Assembly (NCBI RefSeq): GCF_964204645.1
Contig: NC_134034.1
Coordinates: 7,166,914 to 7,230,913 of the forward strand
Source: Tubulanus polymorphus
Lineage: Eukaryota > Animalia > Nemertea
Direction of reading: 5' to 3'
Length of the DNA stretch: 64,000 nt
This document shows positions 13,520 to 25,552 of this stretch, in pieces (position 1 is the stretch's first letter; the number at the start of each line of letters is the position of its first letter). Under the pieces are notes generated by a model. That model saw nothing but the letters and a program-made list of their open reading frames with translations, was not told where the DNA came from and made no database searches. The position numbers and the translations under genes are program-made.

Positions 13520-14128
13520 ATGTCAAAGAAATCTAATAAGAATAGTATTGATATTGAAAAGACATTAGATGATTTGGGTATAAGTGATAATAAAGATACA
13601 GTTGTAACTAATTGTGGTCAAGTTAATTGTAATATAGATTATGAATACTATTTATATTGTAAGCATCATCTAGAACTATTGATTGCCGGTGGAAAAACTA
13701 AGGAGTTTTTAAATAGAATCATTACTTTTCAAGAACTAGACTCTATGAAACCAGATAAAGTAATAAAATATTTTAAGATTTATGAAGAAGCTAGATTAGC
13801 TAGAATAAATGATTCTATTTCAGATGGTATTGTCAAATGTTATTCTAAGTTATGTAACCAGTTAATACCAATTAATGATGAAAATAAATTATATAGTGAT
13901 TTGAAAAATGACTACTTAGTTATGACTGAATTACAAAAATGGGTTGGATATGCTTCATTTCAATTAGGATCGGTTATGACATTAATTTCTACTGGTGTCA
14001 TAACATTTTCGAACATCAAGCCTATGGAATATAAATCAGGTAAGAACGAAACAGATGACGCTGTACTACAACCAAACGTCGAAACAGAAAATGAATCAGA
14101 ACAAAAATTAACTAAAATAAATGAGTGA
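13520..14128 (+). CDS. Conserved Maverick hypothetical protein
   Basis: 202-aa ORF; homologue at 33932-34533; TAAATG start. Confidence 0.7.
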   Translation: MSKKSNKNSIDIEKTLDDLGISDNKDTVVTNCGQVNCNIDYEYYLYCKHHLELLIAGGKTKEFLNRIITFQELDSMKPDKVIKYFKIYEEARLARINDSISDGIVKCYSKLCNQLIPINDENKLYSDLKNDYLVMTELQKWVGYASFQLGSVMTLISTGVITFSNIKPMEYKSGKNETDDAVLQPNVETENESEQKLTKINE

Positions 14129-14480
14129 TGGCGTTAAGAAAAAGGCTAGATCAGAGAAACAAATGAAATGGGCAAGAGAATTAGGTAAAAGATCTTCAGA
14201 ATTAAAAAAAGCTAGGAAAAAGAAATTAACTGATATAAATGAATCACCTGATATTGTTTCAAATAATAATCCATCTAATTCTTCTAATCCTGGAAGTTAT
14301 TATAAATTATATATTACAATTGGATTAGCAACAGTTATTATATTATCCGGTGTAATATATAAATCAAAATTCAAATCTGATGATAAAGATGATTCCAATG
14401 ACAATAAACCTATCATACCAGAAAATAAGTCAAATCATAAAGTCATTGAAACTAAATCTAAATTATTATTAATGGATTAA
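14121..14480 (+). CDS. Small basic Maverick protein with one TM helix
   Basis: KKKARSEKQMKWARELGKRS basic N-terminus and LYITIGLATVIILSGVIY helix; homologue at 34526-34887. Confidence 0.65.
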   Translation: MSDGVKKKARSEKQMKWARELGKRSSELKKARKKKLTDINESPDIVSNNNPSNSSNPGSYYKLYITIGLATVIILSGVIYKSKFKSDDKDDSNDNKPIIPENKSNHKVIETKSKLLLMD

Positions 14481-14486
14481 GATAAG

Positions 14487-15599
14487 ATGAAAAAAGAACA
14501 ATATTTAAGAGAGTTATATTATAACCCAGAAAGTGAAGTATCATATTCTAACGTTTCAGAATTATAGAATAAAATTAAATCTGATAATGAAAATGGTGCC
14601 GTACGGCACCCACATGGTGATATAAAATATAGTGAACTAAGATTATGGTTACAAAATCAACCAACATATCAAATCCACAAGAAAATGGATAAAACTTATT
14701 TAACAAGAAAAGTTATGGTTTCATATATCGATCAACAATGGCAAGCAGATTTAATTGACATGAAGAACTTGAAGAATACAACAAAGGATATTTCTGGATA
14801 CTGAATGTTATAGACATATTCAGTAGATACGCATGGTCAATTCCAATCAAAAATAAAACTGGAATAGAAGTAACAAATGCCTTTAAGAATATATTTAAAG
14901 AAGCTATTCCAGATAAGATACAATTTGATGAAGGTAAGGAATTCTATAACAAACATTTCAAAAAACTATTGTCTGATAACGATGTAGATTATTTTTCAAC
15001 ACACTCAGATAAAAAAGCATCTATTATAGAAAGATTTAATAAAACATTGAAAACTAGAATGTGGAAATATTTTACTGCTAATGAAACATATAAATATATC
15101 GATGTGTTAGATGATTTAGTGAAAGGTTATAATAATTCTAAACATAGTTCTATAAATATGAAACCTATACAAGCTAGAAAAGAAGATAATTCAGAAATAG
15201 TTTTGAATAATTCATATGGTGCATTTGTTACACATGATTTCGGTGAACCTAGATTCAAAATTGGACAACACGTTAGAATATCTAAATATCGAAAAACCTT
15301 TTATAAAGGTTATACCCCTAATTTTACTGAAGAAATATTCAAGATTAAAAAAGATAATATTAACTAAACCATTTGTTTATAAACTAGAAGATCTAAAAGA
15401 TGAAGAAATATTAGGTTATTTCTATGAACAAGAATTATCACTTGTACCAAATCCAGATGAAGTAGAATAAAAAATAGAAAAAGTATTGAAAACAAAAACT
15501 CATGAAGGAAAAAAGTATTCTTTAGTGAAATATAAAGGATACGATGATAAATTTAATGAATGGATTTTATCTAGTAAAATTAAAAGAATAAATGAATAA
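14487..15599 (+). pseudogene. Maverick retroviral-like (rve) integrase with C-terminal chromodomain; disrupted
   Basis: QWQADLIDM, VIDIFSRYAW, QFDEGKEF, IERFNKTLK (DDE core); SLVKYKGYDDKFNEW (chromo). Contains stops and frameshifts. Confidence 0.92.
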
Positions 15600-16066
15600 A
15601 GATTTATTTATATTTGAACCGCATAATATGTTAGTTACTGGCGTAACAAACGGTGATAAAACACATTTCATATTAGATTTGTTAGAAACTATTTATAAGA
15701 ATCATTTTGATAATATAATATTATTCTGTCCTACTTATGAAATGAATAAAACATATAATAGAGATATAGTTAAGTTATATTAGTTATATTAGATCCTAAA
15801 ACAGTAAAAGAAAATTTAGATAATTGTATAAAAATAGCAATTGATACTTATAAAGGATCAAATACATTATTCATTATAGATGATTGTGCTAATCTACATG
15901 ATTCAGATTTCTAGTTTTATTTTATAACAAAGATAGAAAATCTATGCAACAATCATTGGAAGAAAATCAAATTATACCTTGAATATATGAATAAATTAAA
16001 GAATAATAAAGGTTCAAAATTATTACTGAGACTACAATTTCCCTATGAATATAAATTTATAAAATA
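15592..16066 (+). pseudogene. Maverick packaging ATPase (FtsK/A32-like), internally deleted
   Basis: Walker A region VTGVTNGDKT (GVTNCGKT in copy D) and Walker B IIDDCA. Confidence 0.85.
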
Positions 16067-16096
16067 ACTATTTATAATTTGGAATATTATAGAAAC

Positions 16097-16435
16097 TAAT
16101 TTATATATCTATATACTAGACGTACGAGTAAGAATCTAAGATTCTTACCGAGAAAGTGAGATTCTTAGTTTCTTACGTTCGTCTAGTATATAGATATATA
16201 AATTATTAAATGAATTATATAAAAATGAATAAATTATATGTTTTCTCTTAATAATAATAAAAATAGATTATATTATAACTATTTCTATACTTAGATTAAT
16301 AATTTTATGTTTTTAATTTTTATGAAAACTATTATATATAACTATATACTAGACGTACGAGTAAGAAAGTAAGATTTCTTGGATTCTTGGATTCTTACTC
16401 GTACGTCTAGTATATAGTTATATAAATTAGTTTTA
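16097..16435. terminator. Two related ~110-bp hairpins between convergent genes (putative termination/processing signals)
   Basis: TATACTAGACGTACGAGTAAGAA...TTCTTAC(TCGTA/GTT)CGTCTAGTATA at 16097-16205 and 16325-16435. The function is inferred from position only. Confidence 0.45.
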
Positions 16436-16441
16436 TAATAA

Positions 16442-17314
16442 TTATTCTAATTTTGTTTCTAATATAATTATAAAATCATCTCTGTTTATATCTAATTCAC
16501 TCAAAGTCTTAGGTAGATTTATTAATTTTAGTCGAGTCATCTTTGAATGATAATTAGTAGGTATATTAGCTTTTTCTCTTAATTTTTCTAAGTATTCATC
16601 AAAGTCATCATTATCAAAATCAAATTGATATCCAAAATGTTTTATTAGATAACTTAAATCTATTTTTCTAATATATAATAATTTATATATTTGTTCAGGA
16701 TTATCTTCTGCATAAGCTAATAATTTATCAAATAACAACTTATAGAATATATAATATTGGTTAGTTTTAGGATTAAAATATTTGATATATTTATTTGGGT
16801 TATTTAACAATGGTATCATACTCACCATTTTATAAACATTAATTAGATGTAACTTTGATTTACAATGAGTATTTTCATCAACAGGTTCAATTTTCTTATT
16901 ACAATATTGACACGTTTTATTTCTTTCTATTTCTTCTAATTTCTTTTCATGTTCTTCTAACTTCCTTTCATTTTCGATATGCGCTTGAGATTTTTTATGT
17001 TTAGAAAACTTACTTTTAGAAATATCTAAATCACAATGTTTTTTAGAATCATCAATTGTTTCATTATCATTAGTTTCAATTGTATCAACATTATCTGTTA
17101 TATTATCTATGGTATCATTTGTTTCAATTGTATTAACATTATCTATGATATTATCTATTTTATTATTATCAGATATCTTATTATCGTTATTAGGGTTTTC
17201 TGTTTCTTCACAGAAAACCCTATTGAAATTCGCGTGATTATTAGGGTTTTCTGTTATTTCACAGAAAACCCTATTGATATCCGCGTGATTATTATTATTA
17301 TAATTTTCTTCCAC
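16442..17314 (-). CDS. Maverick accessory protein with Asn-rich repeats and C2H2/U1-like zinc fingers, probably 5'-truncated
   Basis: NRVFCExTENPNN repeats; CQYCNKK...HCKSKLH; only a GTG start, next to the host repeat junction. Confidence 0.55.
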   Translation of the reverse strand: MEENYNNNNHADINRVFCEITENPNNHANFNRVFCEETENPNNDNKISDNNKIDNIIDNVNTIETNDTIDNITDNVDTIETNDNETIDDSKKHCDLDISKSKFSKHKKSQAHIENERKLEEHEKKLEEIERNKTCQYCNKKIEPVDENTHCKSKLHLINVYKMVSMIPLLNNPNKYIKYFNPKTNQYYIFYKLLFDKLLAYAEDNPEQIYKLLYIRKIDLSYLIKHFGYQFDFDNDDFDEYLEKLREKANIPTNYHSKMTRLKLINLPKTLSELDINRDDFIIILETKLE

Positions 17315-17449
17315 ACTATTTTTACCAAAAGAACATAGGCTTTGTTACCTTACCGCTGTTTCATATACAATCCATATAATATCGTTCAGCTCACTGAGAT
17401 CTACAAATAGCCCGCGTGTTTTTTCACGAATCATCGTTACAAAAGCGCT

Positions 17450-18450
17450 GTCGGGCCGTAAACATCGAAAATTTAGCCCCATTCAATGGGGCGACATGTT
17501 TTTCGAGTCGTCATCCCGAAATCAACCCGCAGGCCGACTGTCACTTCGATTATCAATTCAAGTATAAATGAACTAATTTATTGCCGCAGACTTCAAATTC
17601 AGTCGCGGTCTTCAAACAGTGATTTTAACAATAGCCCATTTTCCTCATCAAATCATATTACCGATACACTGGAAATTTACTACTTTAGATTTTAAAAGCA
17701 CTGTCGAGCCGTAAACATCGACGAATCGACGTGTGTTACTACATCGTCGTTCCGGGGATCAGCTGCGAGTTTCTCCTCATCATGAGAATCAAATCGTGTA
17801 CAAATTAATTTATTACTACCAGTGATTTGGCTGCGGGTTTCAAGGAGTTAGTATAACAATACCTATTTTTCTTTACCGAATTAACCGTGTATTTACTAAG
17901 ATAAATCTTTAGTGGACCGGGGAATCGTAGGCCTAAACTAAACACGCCGAAGAGATATAGCGGAGAAAAGCTGTTATGTCGACGAGGTATCAAAATAAAA
18001 GAATATATTACTTTATTCGGCCGCGGGCTTCAACCTCTATATCAATACCATCAATACTCTATATTTTCTACAGTACATACCGATCATTGTCAAATGCACA
18101 AGGTATTTACTAAATACAAGTATATAACACACTCCTATCCGTATGCTGGACTCACACTTGACATTCGGAGTAAGCGTCTGCTGTGGGGGAAAGGGATCGT
18201 TCGCTGTGTCGCTTGAAGTGTTTATCGAGTTTGACGCGGCTTTAGGCCTACCGGTATTGAGCTTTACTGTATCAAACAAACACAGTACAATTGTTGCGTT
18301 TATTAACGGACTCATTGGATTGAACTTCAAAACATAATTTACGATATTTAGGTGGGTTGTTAAATTCAATAGGCCTACGACCAATCTGTCCGGATGTTAG
18401 GCCTACACATATACATAGGTCTACATAGGCTAGTAGCCTCTACTAGGTTA
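17450..18450. repeat. Inverted copy of the 10911-11910 host repeat
   Basis: Reverse-complement match. An extra ~78-bp subcopy follows at 18451-18528. Confidence 0.88.
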
Positions 18451-18625
18451 AGCGTTCGCTGTGGGGGAAAGGAGATCGTTCGCTGTGTCGCTTGAAGTGT
18501 TTATCGAGTTTTACGCGACCTTAAGGCTTTAGTATGGTGGCTGATAAGGGCCATGCGTAAAAAAAACACGTATATGCAAATGAGGGCGACATTATGACAA
18601 AACTAAAATAACGTGACAAAACAAT

Positions 18626-19930
18626 AATTTTGGTTTTGTTGCCCGCAACAATTCATTATTTTGGTTTTATCGCCCGCGACAATTCATTATTTTGGTTTTA
18701 TCGCCCACGACAATTCATTAATTTGGTTTTGTCACCTGCGACAAATCAATATTTTGGTTTTGTCGCCCATGACAATTCATTAATTTGGTTTTATCGCCCG
18801 CGACAATTTTTTTTTGTCGCGGTTTTATCGCCCGCGACAATTCATTATTTTTGTTTTATCGCCCGCAACAATTCATAAGTTTGGTTTTGTCGCCCGCGAC
18901 AATTCAAGATTTTGGTTTTTCTGCCACGACAATTAATTTTTTGGATTTGTCGCCCGCGACAATACAATATTTTGGTTTTATCACCAGCGACAATTCATTA
19001 TTTTGGTTTTTTCGCCCGCGAAAATTCATTTTTTGGATTTGTCGCCCACGACAATTCAATTTTTTGGTTTTATCGCCCGCGACAATTCATTATTTTTGTT
19101 TTATCGCCTGCAACAATTCATTAGTTTGGTTTTGTCGCCCGCGACAATTCAAGATTTTGGTTTTTCTGCCGCGAAAATTAATTTTTTGGATTTGTCGCCC
19201 CCGACAATACAATATTTTGGTTTTGTCACCCGCGACAAAACAATATTTTGGTTTTGTCGCCCACGACAATTCAATATTTTGGTTTTATCGCCCGCGACAA
19301 TTCATTATTTTGGTTTTATCGCCCGCGAATATTCATTATTTTGGTTTTGTCGCACGCGACAATAGCGAAAATTCAAGATTTTGGTTTTATCGCCCGCGAC
19401 AATTCATTTTTTGGATTTGTCTCCCACGACAATTCAATATTTTGGTTTTATCGCCGCGACAATTCATTATTTTGGTTTTATCGCCCGCGACAATTTTTTT
19501 TCTTTTTGTCGCAGTTTTATCGCCTGCGACACTTCAATATTTTGGTTTTATTGCCTGCGACAATTTATTATTTTGGTTTTATGCGCCCGACAATTCATTA
19601 GTTTGGTTTTGTCGCCCGCGACAATTGAATATTTTGGTTTTGTCACCCGCGACAATTCATGATTTTGGTTTTATTGCCCGCGACAATTCATTTTTTTGGT
19701 TTTATCGCCTGCGACAATTTATTATTTTGGTTTTATCGCCCACGACAATTTATTATTTTGGTTTTATCGCCCACGACAATTCATTTTTTTGGTTTTGTCG
19801 CTCGCGACAATTCAATATTTTGGTTTTATTGCCAGCGACACTTGATTATTTTGGTTTTATCGCCCGCGACAATTGATTATTTTGGTATTATCGCCCGCGA
19901 CAATTAATTTTTTTTGGTTTTGTCGCCCAC
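18626..19930. repeat. Minisatellite, ~31-bp unit TTTGGTTTTATCGCCCGCGACAATTCATTAT, ~40 degenerate copies
   Basis: Directly visible tandem array. Confidence 0.95.
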
Positions 19931-20018
19931 ATTATTAGCTTTTGAATAACTAGGCCAATTAATAACGTAATAAAGACTTATGCTTTCGCCTATTTTGAAG
20001 TCGACTAATCTGATATAG

Positions 20019-20434
20019 TACGGAAGCGATAAAGGGCCTCGAGTTGTCGCGTTCAAACTCGACAAGTCGCCATATTTATGTCGATATATCGCGTTATATC
20101 GTGTCAAGTCCACATGAATGTGTCTACATATCGTGACGTTTTCACGACAAATTTCGCTTATTTGCTCATTTTCCACGGGACAAGCCGTCATTTGAAGACA
20201 TGTCTAAATGTAAGATGAGGACGCCAGTAATATGACGACTGAGTTTCGAGTCGTCATGAATATGTCGACTTGTCGTGAGGAAAATGGTTGAGAAAACGAA
20301 ATATGTCGTCAAAACGTCACGATATATCGACATATTCAGGTCGACTTGACGCGATATATCGCGGTATGTTGACAATAATATGGCGACTTGTCGAGTTGAA
20401 ACGCGTCATCTCGAGGCCCCTTATCGCTTCCGTG
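20019..20434. mobile_element. MITE with ~135-bp TIRs starting TACGGAAGCGATA; 7-bp TSD GATATAG
   Basis: Long inverted ends; GATATAG at 20012-20018 and 20435-20441. Confidence 0.8.
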
Positions 20435-20446
20435 GATATAGTGTCG

Positions 20447-20861
20447 TACGGAAGCGATAAGGGGCCTCGAGATGTCCCGTTCCAAGTCGACAAGTCGTCA
20501 TATTTATGTCGACATACCGTGATATATCGCGTCAAGTCGACATGAATATGTCGACATATCGTGACGTTTTCACGACAAATTTCGCTTTTTTGCCCATTTT
20601 CCACGGGACAAGCCGTCATTTGAAGACATGTGTAAATGTAAGATGAGGACACCAGTAATATGACGACTGAGTTTCAAGTCGTCATGAATATGTCGACTTG
20701 TCGCGAGGAAAGTCGTCGAGAAAACGAAATATGTCGTGAAAACGTCACGATATATCGACATATTCATGTCGACTTGACGCGATATATCGCGATATGTCGA
20801 CATAAATATGGCGACTTGTCGAGTTGGAACGCGACATCTCGAGGCCCCTTATCGCTTCCTA
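20447..20861. mobile_element. Second copy of the same MITE; 7-bp TSD AGTGTCG
   Basis: AGTGTCG at 20440-20446 and 20862-20868. Confidence 0.8.
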
Positions 20862-20952
20862 AGTGTCGAATATTAAGGTCATTTTGGCAGATTCTTTTTT
20901 TTAAAAGTGATATTAAAGCGATCATTCAAGTGATCCTACTTAATGAAAAATC

Positions 20953-21110
20953 TACGGAAGCGATAAAGGGCCTCGAGTTGTTGCGTTCCAACTCGACAAG
21001 TCGCTATATTTATGTTGATATATCGCAACAATTCGACATGAATATGTCGACATATCGTGACGTTTTGACGACTTGAAACTCAGTCGTCATATCACTGGCG
21101 TCCTCATCTT
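20953..21110. mobile_element. Truncated third copy of the TACGG MITE
   Basis: Starts TACGGAAGCGATAAAGGGCCTCGAG; internally deleted. Confidence 0.7.
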
Positions 21111-21329
21111 TCAGCAACGCCAGTCACATGGAGTCGTACGTGTTCTTCTTTCTGCGACGCGACACGACTGTCACAACCAACCGACGCGCTCTTGTGACTG
21201 GCAGAAACTAGTCGCACACAATCGTATTGCAAGCGACTTGCATCGAAACTTGCGATGCAACGCGAGGATCGCATCATGTCACAAGAACAACCTACGTCTG
21301 GCTTTAAGTTACTGCGGAGCACCAGAAAT

Positions 21330-21850
21330 ATCTTTTTTATTCGTTCAAAAGACCTTTCGCTTGAAAATTCTTTCGTCGGAACAAAATTTATTTCGTTCGA
21401 ACCAATAATATTCTATACGATTGAACCAATTTGAAAAAATCGTAAGAACAAAGTTGAACAAACTTTTTTTTGTCCAAACGAAAGGTTTTTCGTTCGAACA
21501 ATCATTCAATTGAACAGAATCGTTTTAATTTGAACAGAATTTTCTTGTCAGAACATTAAGTTTTTCGTTCGAACAAGTATATTGAAAAAAGTTTTTTCTC
21601 CGAACCGAAAGTATTAAGTATTTCGTTCAATCGAACAGAATTGTTTTCATTCAAACATTCGTTCGGAAAAAATTCTTTTCGCTCAACCAAACTTTTTTTC
21701 ATTTCAACAATAACATAGCTTTTTATTCGAACACATTTTTTGTCAGAATGAAGAAAATTTTTGAAAAAGCGTATTGTTCAATCAAACAGAATTATTTTCA
21801 TCCGAACAATATTTTCTTGTTGGAACATTAAGTTTTTTGGTCGAACAGCG
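21330..21850. repeat. Degenerate AT-rich tandem repeats (TTCGTTCGAACA-like motifs)
   Basis: Recurring CGAACA/TTCGTTC motifs separated by A/T runs. Confidence 0.55.
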
Positions 21851-21959
21851 TGTTAAGGTCGATTTGGAAATTCACTCGGTCTGGTATATGTTGGATTACT
21901 GTTTATGCCAGTTGTCAGGACAATAAACAGAAGACAACTTAGGATACTACCTTTACTAA

Positions 21960-22131
21960 GTTTTCGTTCAGAGATAACTGCTGAGCTATTTGGGCGACCT
22001 ATCATTGATACTGTTTCCTAATAGCCTGTTTAGTAATGGCTGATGTTGTGCCTTGTCAAATGCTTCGTCAAAATCCACCGTTGAACAGCATTCTAAGACT
22101 GTGCAGAAAACCCGTTATCGCTGCTTTGCAG
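21960..22131 (-). pseudogene. Degraded LINE reverse-transcriptase fragment
   Basis: Minus strand reads VDFDEAFDKAQHQPLLNRL, resembling the non-LTR RT motif DFSKAFDKVPH..LL.KL. Confidence 0.5.
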
Positions 22132-22533
22132 CTATATTTTATTTTGGTTTTCTGATTGGATGCCTTGATATATCATATTATTTCTGTTTTCTTTAGTTAA
22201 CCATAAATCTTTATAATGCATAAATAAATTATAATCATCTAATGAGAAAACTGTTTCTGGACCAATCTTTATAGTTAACTTTTTAATCAAATATCTCCCA
22301 ACATTATCAACAACATAATTATTATTATTACCGATTACTTTTATATCAGCTGATAAAAAAATACTATTTGGAACATAAAAAGTATTTTGTGTTAATCGAG
22401 GAATTCTAACATATAAAGTTTCATCGGGATTAATATTAGAAGGGTTATGAGTAATTATATGATGTGATCTTTCTGCTTTAATAGCATTAGATATTCTATG
22501 GTTCTTAGAAGGATTGATATAACTCCCACTCAT
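22132..22533 (-). pseudogene. Maverick major capsid protein (double jelly roll), N-terminal ~130 aa only
   Basis: ITHNPSNINPDETLYVRIPRL...VPNSIFLSADI...VDNVGRYLIKKLTIK...YKDLW matches the N-terminus of invertebrate Maverick MCPs; truncated at the LINE remnant. Confidence 0.8.
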
Positions 22534-24211
22534 TTATTTAACAAAAAATTGATTATTTATTTTGATCATGTTTACTAACCCAAAAATAATAGCACTTACA
22601 ACTGTAATTAAAAATAAAATAATATGTTCAGCAGCAAAGTTAATAATGTTTCCTGCAGATTTTAATATAAAACCAACAATTGATGCAATAATTCCAGGTA
22701 ATGCTGCAGCAGATTTTTTAGATAGTTCCCATAAATATTTTGCTAATTTCTTTAAACCATCCTTAACTTTATCTTGTATAGAATTATTATCATTCGGGGG
22801 TTTATCCGGTTTATTGGGAGTAGGTGTAGATTTTAAAGCATTTGATATTGCTAAACCTATTGTTGTGAATACCATAGTTACAGCTGTTAGAATTGAAAGA
22901 ATTGTTATACCTTCTAGTTTAAATAATAATTTTATTCTATCCTTTAATGATATTTCGGAATTTGGTTTTATCAACAAATCTTTTAAAATAGCTTTTAATT
23001 TTTTAATATGATTAAGATCATATGATTTTAATAATGTATCTCTTTCTTCTTTCTGTAATTCTATATTATATTCTAAATCATCTATTTCTTTTACTAACGC
23101 TAACTTTCTGCTTTCAAAATCAGCTTCATTAACTACTTGATGATCTCTATTTAATTCTAATTGTTTTAATTCTTCATCTGCATTAGCTAATTCTTTTTCT
23201 AACATGGTTATTTTATAAAATCTCATCTTAATATTAGCAATATCATCAGATGATTCTTGAAAACCTTTAATTTCTCTACGTGCTTGTTCAGGAAATGTTT
23301 CTAATTCTTCATCAGTTAAATCAAGAAATCCTTTTTCTAGTAAAGATTGCATTCGATTTATTCCAGTACTATTCATCTCTTCTTCTGAATCTCTTAATCT
23401 ATCAATTTGTTTTTCAAATGTTAATTGTAATTGACTTGAATCACTATCAATTTGTTGAATATCTCTTCTCGATGTTTCTGGATCAACATCAGTAGGATTT
23501 GGATTTGGATTTTTAAATGGATTTTTAAATGGTGAATATTTGTTTATATCAATATTAGGAATTGGTTCTTCTTTATTTATTCTATCGAGTGCATTCCATA
23601 TAATTCTGAGAAATTCTTTGCCACCTTTTGAACGTTCAATTGTAGATCTTGATAACATTTCAGGTTAAAAAATATTTTCTTGACCCATTCTAGATAATTG
23701 TATTGATGCAGTTTTGTTATTTAATTCAACATTATAATACCATGAATCATTTTTGAATTCTAAATTATTCATGAAAAATGGGTCATCTTTTAAAATTTGT
23801 TCTACAACACCTTCTGTATCAATTTCATGTATTACAACTATTGGTAATAATTCGTTAACAATTGTATCTGTTACTCTAGATTTCATTTTATATAATTCCA
23901 TAGGTTTATCAGGATATTTTTCTTGTTGTTCTACTAATAGTTCCATAAATTCTTTTCTTTCTCTTCTAGTTGTAATTCTACCAATTTCAGGAGCTTTTAA
24001 ATATTTATTTAATTTTTCACGTAATTCGGAATCATCATCATAATCATCATCTTCACCTTAGTATCATCTCCTGTATCATCATCTTCATCTTAGTATTATA
24101 TTCTGTTTTATTATCATTACTAAAACTATCATCAAAATCAGGTTGTTGTTCATCACTTATACCAGGTTCATCTAAAGGGCCCAATGGAAAACCTTCTCCA
24201 CCTTCTGCCAT
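22534..24211 (-). pseudogene. Large Maverick coiled-coil protein with C-terminal amphipathic/TM helices; 5' part frameshifted
   Basis: Starts MAEGGEGFPLG (ATG 24211). ORFs 23665-23946 and 22534-23658; C-terminus GITILSILTAVTMV...AALPGIIASIVGFILKSAG. Confidence 0.72.
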
Positions 24212-24227
24212 TTACATAATAAAAAAA

Positions 24228-25552
24228 TTAAGATTTAAAATATAATATTCCTCCGATTACAATTCCTATACAAGTTAAAGCTAATTTAGTATTTTCATGG
24301 GATTTATTATCATCATTTAGTTTAATTATTTCATGTTGAATAATATCAGTTTTAATATCTTATGTAGTATTATAATCTTTTATTTTAGAATCATTATTTA
24401 ATTTAATGTTATTAGTTTTAGTTTCAGTTGATTGAATATGTTTTTTATTTTTTTCACCTTCCATTAATTTTGGAGCAGTAATAATCTTTTTATTTATATC
24501 ATTTAATCCAAATGAATTATTTATTGTTGCAGTTTTAATTAGATTATTATAACCAATTATGGTTCCCATCTTTAATACTAATCATTAGAAATAATAAATA
24601 GATTAGGGCCTATACAATAATTTAATCTAATATGTGATTTATCTAAATAATTTTGATATCTTACAATGTTTTCTGGAATCGATCTATTTTTATCATTATG
24701 AATTGAATCTTCGAATAATACTTTAAATTGTTTCTGCGCATCGAATGAAGTGTTATCATTTCCAATTATTGGGGATCTTGTTTCAACTTGCGCACCTAGA
24801 ATACATATCAAATAAGTTCTAATAGATTGATTTATTCTTTGTATACCGGCTTTAGTAAAACCTTCACTATTTTCTAAAATAAAATTAACCCAACCATTAT
24901 TGTTTTGTTGTTGTCTATTATTATAATATTTTGGTAATTCATTCCAATTTAGTGTTCTTATGTCTGAATTTGTCATTATTTTTCCAAATTCTTTAGTATA
25001 CAATATTCCTAATCCACCCATTGTTCCAATTTTTGCTCTAAAATCTTTATTTGAATTAATATTAAATTCATTACATATTTTATAAAACTTAGAAAAATTA
25101 ATATTATTATTCAACTCTTTAAAATATTTTGAACCTGGTAAAGGACATTCTAATTCATCTAATATTAATTTTATTTGAAATTATGTATGAAATCTAAAAA
25201 GTGATAACATCGATGGTAAACTTGGTTTCTTTAAATGATCATTCCAACTTATTCCACATCCTGTTGTTGCACAATAAACAGCAAAATTTAATTGGTTCTG
25301 CCAATACTTCATATTAGATTTTAATAACCATTGTTTTGCCTCATTTAAATTTTTGAAATTAATTGTATACACATGAAATATATTTTCCATCTTTACATGA
25401 AAATTATTACTTTCAGTAACATAAATATATAAATCAATTAATGAATTTAAAACTTCATTTCTATATGTAATATCTTTATTAAAATCAATTGCTGGAATAT
25501 TACATTTAATTGATTTATTATATTGGAAAGCTTTTGGAAAACTATCTACCAT
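24228..25552 (-). pseudogene. Conserved Maverick protein (homologue of 1-1248), with C-terminal TM; several stops
   Basis: ORFs 25181-25552, 24578-25114 and 24360-24569; ends HENTKLALTCIGIVIGGILYFKS. Confidence 0.75.

Larger units (their letters stand above)
11911..17320 (+). mobile_element. Maverick element B, left arm (TIR, HNH, two hypothetical ORFs, integrase, ATPase, zinc-finger ORF)
   Basis: Begins with the canonical Polinton terminus 5'-AGTAGT, followed by a ~600-bp TIR and Maverick core genes. Confidence 0.9.

Noticed and set aside
18626-19930. CRISPR-like array and the many overlapping ORFs (up to 363 aa)
   Set aside because: Units are contiguous with no unique spacers and no cas genes; the ORFs are translations of a stop-poor minisatellite.
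19904-21408. ORFs within the TACGG MITEs
   Set aside because: They arise from the inverted repeats and show no protein motifs.
1362-24043. Plus-strand hydrophobic ORFs 1362-1664, 17036-17338, 22562-23011, 23753-24043
   Set aside because: Antisense shadows of the minus-strand Maverick genes.
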